Program-made: the position numbers and the translations under genes | Assembly: GCA_015069165.1 (NCBI GenBank) | Contig: SVJD01000002.1 | Span: 1,385 to 65,384, forward strand | Origin: Oscillospiraceae bacterium | GTDB lineage: Bacteria > Bacillota > Clostridia > UBA1212 > UBA1255 | DNA: 64,000 nucleotides | Direction of reading: 5' to 3' | Shown: positions 1-9,061 of the stretch, one piece after another | Numbering within the stretch: the stretch's first letter is position 1 | Layout of the letters: each line of letters opens with the position of its first letter | Notes under the pieces: model-generated | What the model was told of the DNA's origin: nothing | Seen by the model: only the letters and a program-made list of their open reading frames with translations | The model's database searches: none

Positions 1-648
1 TGAAAGAAAGGTAAGATCTTCCTTATTTGACATAAAACCATGCTCGATTATCATAGCGGGAACGCCTACTGTTGCAGCATATCTGATTATACCATAATAA
101 TCTGCATACGCGCCATTTGGATAGAGATAGTAATCGTCGTCATCAATTACTCTTGTTTTTACACCGCGGTCTTTCAAACCGTATTTTTCAAATCTGCTTA
201 AAATATCTTTTGCAATTGCAGTGGTCTTTTTTGCACCATCAGGCAAGTAATTACCGGCGTGTACGAAGATTTCAGTGCCGCCCCAATATGCAGCGTTATC
301 TAAAGCGTTCATGTGAAGTGAAATCATTAGGTCGGCATTTATTTGACCTGCAAATGAACCGCGAGTTTGCAAAGAGGGTTTTGACTCACTGTCGTTATAG
401 TGACGTGTTAAATAAACTTTTACACCATCGTATTTCAAAAGCTCATTGCAAAGATGCTCTGTAACTATGTTGTTGAGCGTTCTTTCATAGAATGTTTCTC
501 CGTTGAGTACGCCTTTGCTTCCGTTGTCACTGCCGCCGTGTCCCGGGTCGAGAAGAATAACCATTCCGGTGTCGGCATAAGTGGGTATTGCGGAAAGTAC
601 GAGAATCAACGTAATAATCAGTATTGTTATTTTTTTTGCGGCAGTCAT
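1..648 (-). CDS. N-acetylmuramoyl-L-alanine amidase (Amidase_3/CwlD-like), secreted; C-terminal part lies beyond the left window edge
   Basis: Absent from the ORF track because it has no in-window stop. The reverse complement from the ATG (complement of 646-648) reads MTAAKKITILIITLILVLSAIPTYADTGMVILLDPGHGGSDNGSKG...MISLHMNALDN...MIIEHGFMSNKED: a signal peptide followed by zinc-amidase motifs. RBS GGAGG lies 7 nt upstream (complement of 656-660). Confidence 0.8.
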   Translation of the reverse strand, partial: MTAAKKITILIITLILVLSAIPTYADTGMVILLDPGHGGSDNGSKGVLNGETFYERTLNNIVTEHLCNELLKYDGVKVYLTRHYNDSESKPSLQTRGSFAGQINADLMISLHMNALDNAAYWGGTEIFVHAGNYLPDGAKKTTAIAKDILSRFEKYGLKDRGVKTRVIDDDDYYLYPNGAYADYYGIIRYAATVGVPAMIIEHGFMSNKEDLTFLS

Positions 649-671
649 AAAGTTTCCTCCCTCATTTGTAA

Positions 672-2033
672 CTAAAAATCTACTGTTGCGTTGCCGTCTT
701 TGTCATATTTAACGGCATCTTTGTCAGCAAAGAATTCATTTATTGAGTCGAAATATTCTTTAATTGAATTGTATGTGGGCTTATACGACGAAATAATGTC
801 GTTGGCAGCCTCTGCATTATCTGCCAAAAGCGCGTAGGCAACAAGAAGTTGTATCCTTGAGGCATTCAGACAAAATCTCTCTGCATCTTTCATTTGGTAA
901 TTTATGCCGTGGCAAGCTCCGGAAGCACCGGAAACATTCAACTGAACACCGGGCATAACTTGTGTAATGTCGCCGAAATCAGAAGAAGCCGTTCCCCAAC
1001 CTTCGTAATTAAACACTGCCTTATCAGCACCGGCCAAGCTTGTGCAACATTGTTCGACTAGCTTCATAAATTTGTGGTCGTGTATCTCAGGCGAATATCC
1101 GGGACGGTCATGAATTTCTACGCGAGCACCCATAGCCAAAGCTGCCCCTGCAAGTGCGCGGTTTATTTTTTTGTTTTCACGTTTTATGGCGGAAGTTGTT
1201 CTGCCTCGTATAAATGTTTCTATAGGCATTTCATCAGGAATGATATTAACTGCAGTGGAAACGCCTTTCATAATAGGATGGAAACGAATGTGCTCGCTGT
1301 CTATAAAAGTTTCGCGTAACGCATTACACGCTTCGAGTCCGAGCATAGCGGCATATTGTGCATTTATTCCGGCTTGCGGAGCGCCTCCTGCGTGAGAAGC
1401 AAGTCCTTTGTATGTTATATTTTTTGCCATACAGCCGTTGTTTCCGTAACTGCAATAAAAATCCAAAAACGGATGTGTATCTGCGTGTACCATAAGAGCT
1501 AAATCTACATCGTCGAAAAATCCTCTGTGCATAAATTCTATCTTGCCGCCGAAATATGAAATAATGCCTTTTTCTCGAAGTTCCTCTCGAAAATTAAGCT
1601 GAATCATTTCTTCTGCGGGAGTTGCCATGAGTCGAATTTTACCGCAAAGACCTTTGAGCGCATCAGGCTTTTTTAAAGCGGCGGCGATACCAAGCAAAGC
1701 TGCACCTTGCGCATTGTGACCGCAAGCGTGAGACATTCCGTTTACTGCCTCCGGGTGTCCTGCAAGGTCCAGTGCATCAAGTTCTCCCATAATACAAAGT
1801 GTCGGACCGGGCAAGCCTGTATCTATTTCTGCATAAAAACCGGGGATATTGCCGGCTTTTGTGAGCGTATAACCCAGTTCTGTAAATTTCTCGGAAAGAT
1901 ACGCATCGGCTTCCCATTCTGTATAACCGGTTTGCGGATGAGCCCAAAGCCAACGCTCTGCATCGAGCATAAGCTGTTTGACTTCTTCTGTGTTTTTTAT
2001 AATAGTTTCTTTAATGTCGTTTAAGTTATGCAT
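672..2033 (-). CDS. M20-family metallopeptidase/amidohydrolase (AbgB/aminoacylase-like)
   Basis: ORF track 672..2090. Motifs MSHACGHNAQGAALLG and MATPAEE are typical of M20 amidohydrolases. Start moved to the ATG at 2033 (MHNLNDIKE...) because AAGGAG lies 6 nt upstream (complement of 2040-2045); the 2090 start has no RBS. Confidence 0.8.
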   Translation of the reverse strand: MHNLNDIKETIIKNTEEVKQLMLDAERWLWAHPQTGYTEWEADAYLSEKFTELGYTLTKAGNIPGFYAEIDTGLPGPTLCIMGELDALDLAGHPEAVNGMSHACGHNAQGAALLGIAAALKKPDALKGLCGKIRLMATPAEEMIQLNFREELREKGIISYFGGKIEFMHRGFFDDVDLALMVHADTHPFLDFYCSYGNNGCMAKNITYKGLASHAGGAPQAGINAQYAAMLGLEACNALRETFIDSEHIRFHPIMKGVSTAVNIIPDEMPIETFIRGRTTSAIKRENKKINRALAGAALAMGARVEIHDRPGYSPEIHDHKFMKLVEQCCTSLAGADKAVFNYEGWGTASSDFGDITQVMPGVQLNVSGASGACHGINYQMKDAERFCLNASRIQLLVAYALLADNAEAANDIISSYKPTYNSIKEYFDSINEFFADKDAVKYDKDGNATVDF

Positions 2034-2107
2034 AGTTAGCTCCTTTACAAGTGATATTATATCAATTTTTGATAATTTATCAATCTGCATTCGGAAGATT
2101 GTATCAG

Positions 2108-2490
2108 GATAGTGTAAAATAAATCTTGGGATTTAAAAAAATAAAGACGGGAGCCCCCACTCCCAAAAGTGATAAAGTAATAATTGGAAAAAGCAGTAGA
2201 CAGAGCGGGATTTTGTCCCGAAATGAAAAACAAGACAAAAAGCACCGCGCCGCTGATCGTGGATTTTGTTCTGAAATAAAAAACGAGACAAAAAGCACCG
2301 CACCGCTGATTGGGGATTTTGTCCCGAAATGAAAAATAAGACAAAAAGCCCCGCACCGCTGATTGAGGATTTTGTCCCGAAATGAAAAATAAGACAAAAA
2401 GCACCGCACCGCTGATTGAGGTTTTTGTCCCAAAATAAAAAACGAGACAAAAAGCAAGGCGTGCAAAAATTTTTAAAAAATCCCAAGAAT
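2108..2490 (+). repeat. Non-coding element, copy 1: ~100-nt conserved leader plus five tandem 53-54-bp units, each carrying an inverted repeat
   Basis: Units at 2207-2260, 2261-2313, 2314-2366, 2367-2419 and 2420-~2462. Unit consensus is GGATTTTGTCCCGAAATGAAAAATAAGACAAAAAGCACCGCACCGCTGATTGA, with arms TTTTGTC/GACAAAA. The block is bracketed by a perfect 11-bp inverted repeat, TCTTGGGATTT (2124-2134) and AAATCCCAAGA (2478-2488). A paralogue lies at 52364-52744. Confidence 0.9.
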
Positions 2491-2520
2491 AACTTGACAC
2501 CATCTTGTTACAGATTGTTT

Positions 2521-2549
2521 TTGACATAATTTGTTCAGTTTAGTAAAAT
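2521..2549 (+). promoter_or_regulatory. Putative sigma-A promoter of mutL-miaA
   Basis: TTGACA (2521-2526), 17-nt spacer, TAAAAT (2544-2549), about 30 nt upstream of the mutL ATG. Confidence 0.5.
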
Positions 2550-2580
2550 ATTAGGCAGAAATTTATAGTGGGTGTTTTTT

Positions 2581-4446
2581 ATGAGCAAGATTATAGTTTT
2601 AGATGAGCTTACAGCGTGTCAGATAGCGGCAGGAGAAGTAATTGAAAGACCTTCTTCTGTTGTTAAAGAACTTGTAGAAAATTCCATAGATGCAGGGGCG
2701 TCGATGATTACTGTCGAAATACGTTCCGGCGGTATAAAGTATATAAGAATTACGGATAATGGTTGTGGCTTTGAAGCTGACGATGCCGTGATTGCTTTTG
2801 ATAAGCACGCAACGAGTAAAATTAAATCGGGCGCAGACTTGGACTGTGTAGCTACACTTGGATTTCGCGGCGAGGCACTTGCAAGTATTGCCGCAGTTGC
2901 GGATGTGGAGCTTTTAAGCAAAACAGAAGACGCCGATACGGGTGTTTATGTGCATATAAAAGGTTGCGAAGTTCTCGAAACGGGCGAAAGAGGTGCGGCG
3001 AAAGGCACTACGCTTACCATCAGAGATTTATTTTACAATACACCTGCAAGGTATAAATTTTTGAAAAAAGACAGCACAGAGGCTTCTTATGTTGCCGATG
3101 TTATGCAAAAATTGGCAATTTCAAATCCGAATATTGCCTTTAAACTTATTGCAAACGGTAAAGACGTTTTTCGCACACCCGGTAACGGAGATTTAAAAAG
3201 TGTTATTTTCAGTATATACGGCAGAGAAACAGCAGCTTGTATTTTGCCTGTGAATTATCAATTTGAAAATTACAAAATCACAGGTTTTACCGGCATAAAA
3301 GATGCAGTATATTCCAACAGAACGAGACAAATTTTCTATGTAAACGGTAGATGTATAAAATCTAAAACCATAACAGCGGCTTTAGATGAGGCGTATAAGA
3401 CGGTAACAATGAAAAATAAGTTTCCTTTTTCGGTGCTTATGATAGAAATGCCTTTGACAAAAGTTGATGTAAATGTACACCCTACAAAAGCAGAAGTGCG
3501 TTTTTCTGATGAGTCAAGCATTTACAGATTAGTGTATCACGGCATAACAAATGCCCTTTTATATGATAATAAAGTTGAAAATAAAGTCGAAAATACAGAA
3601 GTTTTTAAGGCTGAAACTCCTATTCAAACGGTAACCGCACAGATCAAAACATTTACTCCGCAAAATATTACGACACCGAAAATTCCCGAACCCGTATACG
3701 TTGCGCCTATACAGGAATTGCCAAAAGAGGAAACAGAACTTCCTCCTATATGGAATATTCCGGCAGAAGTAAAAGAAGAAAAATGTGATATTCCTGTTCC
3801 TCTAAAAATTGAATACGTTCCTGAAGTGAAAATCACACCGGACATTCCGTCAGAGCAACCGGTTCTTTATAACAGTACAAGCGTGTATACCGATGGTGTT
3901 GTGGTTGGGCAGGTTTTCGATACGTATATAATTTTGCAATACGGCAAGGAAATTGTGTTTATTGACCAGCACGCGGCGCACGAGAGAATCAAGTACGAGG
4001 AAATTAAAGATGCTGTCAATGAGCCGACAGGAGCGGTAAGTCCTATGCTTGTTCCGATTTCCTTGCAGCTTTCTCCGGCGGAATACACTTCGCTTCATAG
4101 CAATATGGAGTTTTTCGAGTCAATGGGATTTGAAATTGACGATTTCGGCGGAAATACGGTGCTCATAAGGGCAGTGCCCACTATACTTGCAGACAGTAAC
4201 ATAGAAGATGTTATTTTAAGCGGATTGCAAAACAAAAAAACTGCAGGTTTTTCTGATGAAGAAATATACACAATGGCGTGCAAAGCGGCAGTTAAAGCTA
4301 ATAAGAGTTTGTCAAGAATGGAAATAGACGAACTTTTACAGAAATTGGCAAAATTGGAAAACTCGGGAACGTGTCCTCACGGCAGACCGATTTGCGTAAG
4401 CGTAACGGAGCATGAATTGGAAAGAAGGTTTAAAAGATGTCTGTAA
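2581..4446 (+). CDS. mutL: DNA mismatch repair protein MutL
   Basis: MSKIIVLDELTACQIAAGEVIERPSSVVKELVENSIDAGA (GHKL ATPase N-terminus) and C-terminal dimerisation motifs (QHAAHERI, CPHGRP). The ATG at 2581 is preferred over the GTG at 2572. Confidence 0.95.
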   Translation: MSKIIVLDELTACQIAAGEVIERPSSVVKELVENSIDAGASMITVEIRSGGIKYIRITDNGCGFEADDAVIAFDKHATSKIKSGADLDCVATLGFRGEALASIAAVADVELLSKTEDADTGVYVHIKGCEVLETGERGAAKGTTLTIRDLFYNTPARYKFLKKDSTEASYVADVMQKLAISNPNIAFKLIANGKDVFRTPGNGDLKSVIFSIYGRETAACILPVNYQFENYKITGFTGIKDAVYSNRTRQIFYVNGRCIKSKTITAALDEAYKTVTMKNKFPFSVLMIEMPLTKVDVNVHPTKAEVRFSDESSIYRLVYHGITNALLYDNKVENKVENTEVFKAETPIQTVTAQIKTFTPQNITTPKIPEPVYVAPIQELPKEETELPPIWNIPAEVKEEKCDIPVPLKIEYVPEVKITPDIPSEQPVLYNSTSVYTDGVVVGQVFDTYIILQYGKEIVFIDQHAAHERIKYEEIKDAVNEPTGAVSPMLVPISLQLSPAEYTSLHSNMEFFESMGFEIDDFGGNTVLIRAVPTILADSNIEDVILSGLQNKKTAGFSDEEIYTMACKAAVKANKSLSRMEIDELLQKLAKLENSGTCPHGRPICVSVTEHELERRFKRCL

Positions 4447-5375
4447 AAGCACTTGTGATAACGGGACCTACAGCTTCGGGAAAAACTTCTGCGGCGATTG
4501 CTCTTGCACATCGTTTTAACGGTGAAATTGTTTCTGCAGATTCCATGCAGATATATAAATATATGGATATCGGCACGGCAAAGCCTGACGAAGAAGAAAA
4601 AGAGGGGATTCCGCACCACATGTTGGACATTGTAGAGCCTTGGGAGGAATACAGTGTGGCACAATATGCCGATGATGCCCGTAAATGTATACGTGATATT
4701 TTGAAAAGGGGAAAACTTCCGATAATAACAGGCGGTACGGGGCTTTATATCAACACTCTTGTAGAAAATATCGAGTATTCCGCCGCGCCTGAAATGAATC
4801 CGGAAATACTTGCGGAAATCGAATATTATTACGCACAAAACGGAGCAGAAGCGTTGCATTTTTTGCTGGAAAACGAGGATTCGGAGGCGGCAGAGCAAAT
4901 ACATTTTAATAATGTTAAAAGAGTAATGCGTGCTCTCGGAATGAAAAGAAGCACTGGGATGACATTGGCGCAGAGAAATGCGGCGTCAAAATCAAGACCA
5001 AAAGAGTTTGATTTTACTGTTTATGCTGTAGACACTCCGCGAGATAAACTTTACAATAGAATAAATTTGCGTGTTGATAAGATGCTGGAGGCAGGCTTGC
5101 TTGACGAAGTAAAAAAGGTTGTGGATTTATGCCAAAAGGCATACGAGCAAGGTGCGGCACATGAAAAAACATTGAGTAAAACAGCACTTCAAGCAATAGG
5201 ATATAAAGAATTCATAGATTATTTTGACGGAAAGTGCGATTTGGAAACTGCGGTTGAAAGAGTAAAACAAGGTTCGAGAAATTACGCCAAAAGGCAACTT
5301 ACGTGGTTTAGAAAAGCACCATGGGTTAATTGGATTGGTTTGGAAGAATTAACGAAGATAGAGTTGGAGGTATAA
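4437..5375 (+). CDS. miaA: tRNA dimethylallyltransferase MiaA
   Basis: P-loop VITGPTASGKTS, SADSMQIYKYMDIGTAKP, and the conserved mutL-miaA order; overlaps mutL by 10 nt. Confidence 0.95.
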   Translation: MSVKALVITGPTASGKTSAAIALAHRFNGEIVSADSMQIYKYMDIGTAKPDEEEKEGIPHHMLDIVEPWEEYSVAQYADDARKCIRDILKRGKLPIITGGTGLYINTLVENIEYSAAPEMNPEILAEIEYYYAQNGAEALHFLLENEDSEAAEQIHFNNVKRVMRALGMKRSTGMTLAQRNAASKSRPKEFDFTVYAVDTPRDKLYNRINLRVDKMLEAGLLDEVKKVVDLCQKAYEQGAAHEKTLSKTALQAIGYKEFIDYFDGKCDLETAVERVKQGSRNYAKRQLTWFRKAPWVNWIGLEELTKIELEV

Positions 5376-5381
5376 AATACT

Positions 5382-5930
5382 ATGCAAGAAATGACAAAAA
5401 CAAAATATATCGCTTCGACGATTATGACAAGACTTTTTATGTATATTATAGTATCGATGTTGGGCATTGGTGTTGTAGTGTCACAAACAGAAGGTATACG
5501 CAATGACCTTTACGGCATTGGAGATTACATAAATGTAGATGCTGTTACGGGTATGATGTCGGCACTGAATGTTGTGTTTTTATTTATTTTCGTATTGTTT
5601 TTGCTTGCGACAAGAAAAAATCTTTATACGAAAGAGAATAAAAAAAGCAAGCATCTCAAAGAATATGTAAAATTTGAAACTATTCTTGAACTTGCACTTA
5701 CATTGGGTTATGTTGTCGTTTCGGTTATTATTTCGATTTTTATTAACGATCTCAGCATTGTGGCAGGCCTTGTTGTGCCGGTCTACTTTTTGTATTTCTT
5801 GACAGGAAATCTTTTTGTTGGAACCATACTTACTTCTTTAGTGTATATTGTATTGATATTCTTTATCTTAATGTGGCCTTTTGTGAAACAAATAAAACAC
5901 GAGGCTGACAAAATTGATGCTTTTAAATAA
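5382..5930 (+). CDS. Hypothetical polytopic membrane protein
   Basis: 182-aa ORF with at least four hydrophobic segments, starting 7 nt after miaA. No motif recognised. Confidence 0.55.
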   Translation: MQEMTKTKYIASTIMTRLFMYIIVSMLGIGVVVSQTEGIRNDLYGIGDYINVDAVTGMMSALNVVFLFIFVLFLLATRKNLYTKENKKSKHLKEYVKFETILELALTLGYVVVSVIISIFINDLSIVAGLVVPVYFLYFLTGNLFVGTILTSLVYIVLIFFILMWPFVKQIKHEADKIDAFK

Positions 5931-5940
5931 AGAAAATGTA

Positions 5941-5985
5941 AACAACAAAAAACTCCGGGGTTTTCAAATACATGAATCCCGGAGT
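5941..5985 (-). terminator. Rho-independent terminator for the minus-strand gene 6005..6835; the hairpin also follows the plus-strand gene
   Basis: Stem ACTCCGGG (5952-5959) / CCCGGAGT (5978-5985). On the minus strand the hairpin is followed by TTTTTTGTTGTT. Confidence 0.6.
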
Positions 5986-6004
5986 TAATATTCACAAACA
6001 ATTA

Positions 6005-6835
6005 TTATTTTTTCTCTTTCCTTGATGAAAGAGCTTTTTTGAGTTCCGCATAGCTGTCGTTTTGGAATTCAAAGAAAATATGATTATCAGCATCTTTAAT
6101 CTCAACAATTATAGAATCCTGACGTATTTTACCGCCTGATTTGTTTATGTCGGAGGGGTATTTTGAATACTCACCGAAAGAAACTACATCATCTTCATCA
6201 CAAACGATTTCGCCCAAAGGATTCATCCAATCCGTATCAAAGAACACAAGGTATGCGCCTTCGTCTTTGAAATAAAGTCTTCTTCTTGATTGTTTGAATA
6301 TCTCGCCGCAGGGAGTCAAAAGCTTGCACATTGTAAGAGAAGGATTATTTATTCTTGCTAAATCTTCTGACATTTCACGAAGTGCATTGTTATATACTTG
6401 GTCGTTTTGTTTGCCGATTATGGGAGAAACCATTTTTAACATATTTGCTGCAGTTGTTGTTTCGGGAAGGTCTTCGTCATCTTGGAAGAAAGAGAAGAAG
6501 CCGTCTCTTTTAGCTTTAACAACACTGGGCTTGCCTGCCGCTTGCTTATATTGCTTGTTCTGTATGAAGTATTTATAACATGAACGTCCTGCAAGTATAA
6601 TACAAAGTCCTGCGAGTATAAACCATATATGTTTCTCGTCTTTGTATTCAAAAGCTGTAAGCAAGAAAAGTACAAATAAAAGTACCATGCTCAAAGATGT
6701 AAATACGGGCATTGCCAAATCAGGAGGCGCAACGGGTTGTTCCTCGGCATAACGAGTGTATGCTGTTTCAAAAGCATCGCTTATAACCTCAAGGGGTTTT
6801 ACATTGTATCTTTTTGTTTCGTTTATCTTAATCAT
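6005..6835 (-). CDS. Hypothetical membrane-anchored protein (two TM segments plus a ~170-aa soluble C-terminal domain)
   Basis: 276-aa ORF with RBS AAAGGAG upstream. TM segments MPVFTSLSMVLLFVLFLLTAF and IWFILAGLCIILAG. No family recognised. Confidence 0.55.
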   Translation of the reverse strand: MIKINETKRYNVKPLEVISDAFETAYTRYAEEQPVAPPDLAMPVFTSLSMVLLFVLFLLTAFEYKDEKHIWFILAGLCIILAGRSCYKYFIQNKQYKQAAGKPSVVKAKRDGFFSFFQDDEDLPETTTAANMLKMVSPIIGKQNDQVYNNALREMSEDLARINNPSLTMCKLLTPCGEIFKQSRRRLYFKDEGAYLVFFDTDWMNPLGEIVCDEDDVVSFGEYSKYPSDINKSGGKIRQDSIIVEIKDADNHIFFEFQNDSYAELKKALSSRKEKK

Positions 6836-6930
6836 AGCAGCAAAGCTCCTTTAAAAATCATTTATGCAAATACCTATCCATTATACAATAAAAGATTTAT
6901 TTTTACAACAAACTATGTTATACTGTCCCT

Positions 6931-7272
6931 CGTCGGTAGACCTGACGGTCGCAGCTGTATGCCCAAAGGCTGCAGATGAGGAAAGTCCGGGCTTCACAGG
7001 ACAGGGTGCCGGTTAACGGCCGGTGGAGGTAACTCCAAGGAAAGTGCAACAGAAAATTACCGCCTGCATTTTGCAGGTAAGGGTGAAAAGGCGAGGTAAG
7101 AGCTCACCGGCGTCCGGGTAATCGGGCGGCCGTGTAAACCCCACTTGAAGCAACACCGTATATGGGGCGCTACGTTGGTCCGACAGCTCCAAAGGTGGCT
7201 AGAGCTGTGCAGTAATGTACAGTGTAGATAGATGACCGTCCACGACAGAACCCGGCTTACGGTCTGCCGATT
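6931..7272 (+). ncRNA. rnpB: RNase P RNA, bacterial type A
   Basis: Universal motifs GAGGAAAGTCCGGGC (about 6978-6992), GGTAAGGGTGAAAAGGCGAGGTAAGAGCTCACC and ACAGAACCCGGCTTA. The P1 helix pairs TCGGTAGACC (6933-6942) with GGTCTGCCGA (7261-7270), followed by a T-run. Confidence 0.92.
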
Positions 7273-7309
7273 TTTTTATTGAATTTCACAAAAGGAAGTC
7301 TTTACGGAT

Positions 7310-9061
7310 ATGTTAAACATGGTAAAAAAATTAGCAAAGAGTGTAAGAGAATACAAATTTCTATCAATACTTACGTTGATTTTCATTATCGGAGAAGTAA
7401 TCATAGAAGTTTTTATACCGTTCATAACTGCTTATATGGTAGAAAGAGTTAAAGACGGCGCGGATATCAACGAAATCATAAAAATAGGCTCGTTCTTGGC
7501 AGTTATGGCTTGTGTTTCACTTGCTTGCGGCGGAATTGCCGGTTTTACTTGTGCAAAAGCTTCTGCCGGTTTTGCTAAAAATCTTCGTAAAGATGTTTTT
7601 CATAAGATTCAAACGTATACATTTGAAAATATCGACAAGTTTTCCTCTGCATCACTCGTTACGAGAATGACAACAGACGTTGCAAATGTTCAGATGTCAT
7701 ATATGATGCTTATAAGAACGGCAATCAGATGTCCTCTTATGCTCGTTTTTGCTATAGTAATGGCCTACGTAATGGGAGGTTTTTTGGCTACTGCTTTTGT
7801 TGTGGTTGTTCCGTTCCTTGGTTTTGGTCTTTATTTAATTGGACGAAAAGCAATGCCTGCATTTCGCGGTGTGTTCAAAAAGTACGATAAACTCAATGAA
7901 TCCATAGAAGAAAATGTCAGAGGTATAAGAGTTGTAAAAGGTTTTTCAAGAGAAGAATACGAAAAGCAAAAATTCGAAGTTGCCGCAGACGATATTCGTA
8001 AGGACTTTACAAAAGCGGAAAGAATCGTGGCTTTGAACTCTCCCCTTATGCAAATTTGCATGTATTTCAATATGGTGTTCATAATGTTCGTAGGTTCCAA
8101 AATGACAGTTCTCGGCCAGCACGGTGTGGATATAGGTCAAATGTCTGCGATGCTTACTTACGGAATGCAAATTCTCATTTCACTTATGATGCTCTCTATG
8201 ATTTATGTAATACTTACGATGTCAACGGAGTCTGCAAAGCGTATTTGCGAAGTTCTCAACGAAGAGCCTGCTATTTGCAATCCGGAAAATCCTGTTACGG
8301 ATGTGTCGGACGGCTCGATTAAATTTGAAAATGTAAGCTTTAAGTATTCGGCAAGTGCCAAAAGATTTGCTTTGAGCAATATAAATCTTGAAATTCCGTC
8401 AGGTTCAACCGTAGGTATTATCGGTGGTACGGGTGTTAGTAAAACTTCACTTGTGCAGCTTATTCCGAGACTTTATGACGTCACAGAAGGCAGTGTGAAA
8501 GTTGCCGGCAAAGATGTTCGCGAATACGATATAGAATCATTAAGAAGCGCAGTTGCAATGGTTTTGCAGAAAAACTTGCTCTTTTCAGGCACGATTAAAG
8601 AAAATCTTCGTTGGGGAAATGCAGGAGCTACCGACGAAGAAATTATACAAGCTTGTAAATTGGCGCAAGCTGATGAATTTATACAGAGTTTTCCGGATAA
8701 GTACGACACAAAAATAGAACAGGGCGGTACTAATGTTTCGGGTGGACAAAAACAGCGTCTTTGTATTGCAAGAGCGCTTCTTAAAAAACCGAGAATATTG
8801 ATTCTCGATGATTCCACAAGTGCGGTAGATACCAAGACCGATGCGTTGATTCGTGCCGGATTTAAAGAATATATTCCGGAAACAACAAAAATTATAATTG
8901 CACAGCGTATAGCTTCCGTAGAGGATGCCGATATAATCATAGTAATGGATAACGGCGGAATTACGGCAATAGGGAAACATGACGAGCTTTTGAAAACCAG
9001 CCACATTTATCGCGAAGTATATGAGCAACAAGTGCAAGGGGGTGCCGAAGATGAAGAATGA
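7310..9061 (+). CDS. ABC exporter, fused permease/ATPase subunit with a degenerate nucleotide-binding site
   Basis: Six-TM domain plus NBD. Walker A GGTGVSKTS (Ser in place of the conserved Gly), signature VSGGQ, Walker B ILILDDSTS (Asp in place of the catalytic Glu), H-loop AQR (Gln in place of His). Confidence 0.9.
   Translation: MLNMVKKLAKSVREYKFLSILTLIFIIGEVIIEVFIPFITAYMVERVKDGADINEIIKIGSFLAVMACVSLACGGIAGFTCAKASAGFAKNLRKDVFHKIQTYTFENIDKFSSASLVTRMTTDVANVQMSYMMLIRTAIRCPLMLVFAIVMAYVMGGFLATAFVVVVPFLGFGLYLIGRKAMPAFRGVFKKYDKLNESIEENVRGIRVVKGFSREEYEKQKFEVAADDIRKDFTKAERIVALNSPLMQICMYFNMVFIMFVGSKMTVLGQHGVDIGQMSAMLTYGMQILISLMMLSMIYVILTMSTESAKRICEVLNEEPAICNPENPVTDVSDGSIKFENVSFKYSASAKRFALSNINLEIPSGSTVGIIGGTGVSKTSLVQLIPRLYDVTEGSVKVAGKDVREYDIESLRSAVAMVLQKNLLFSGTIKENLRWGNAGATDEEIIQACKLAQADEFIQSFPDKYDTKIEQGGTNVSGGQKQRLCIARALLKKPRILILDDSTSAVDTKTDALIRAGFKEYIPETTKIIIAQRIASVEDADIIIVMDNGGITAIGKHDELLKTSHIYREVYEQQVQGGAEDEE

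Noticed and set aside
117-675. Plus-strand track ORFs 117..464 and 454..675.
   Set aside because: They lie antisense to a well-supported amidase CDS (1..648, minus strand) that the track missed because it runs off the window. Their sequences are low-complexity and Arg/Leu/Cys-rich, typical of shadow ORFs.
2223-2438. Tandem, ATGA-coupled 18-codon mini-ORFs, one per repeat unit (for example 2223-2279, MKNKTKSTAPLIVDFVLK). The loop ATG of one unit is in frame with the loop TGA/TAA of the next because 53+1 is a multiple of 3.
   Set aside because: The starts are not conserved: the ATG is ATA or ACG in several units of both arrays. A 1-nt loop deletion changes the frame in units 1 and 5 of array 2. 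No Shine-Dalgarno sequence precedes any ATG. These ORFs are most simply a by-product of the A-rich loop AAATGAAAAA. Ribosome profiling would settle the question.
2207-2462. Possible CRISPR array: regularly spaced palindromic ~30-nt 'repeats' preceded by a leader-like sequence.
   Set aside because: The 23-nt 'spacers' are near-identical to one another and to those of the second array. The whole 53-bp unit is therefore a tandem repeat with no unique spacers. The period is too short, and no cas genes are present in the window.
2057-2527. Track ORFs across array 1: 156, 120 and 117 aa on the minus strand, and 68 aa on the plus strand.
   Set aside because: These are artefacts of a stop-poor tandem repeat. 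Because 53 is not a multiple of 3, the same DNA is read in all three frames in turn, producing pseudo-repetitive peptides. There is no RBS, and all three minus-strand frames are open over the same DNA.
5382-5930. Checked whether the gene after miaA is hfq.
   Set aside because: The product is a 182-aa polytopic membrane protein with no Sm1/Sm2 motifs. No hfq gene is present in this window.
6737-6979. Track ORF 6737..6979 (+, 80 aa).
   Set aside because: It overlaps the start of the minus-strand gene 6005..6835 and runs into the 5' end of RNase P RNA. It has no RBS.
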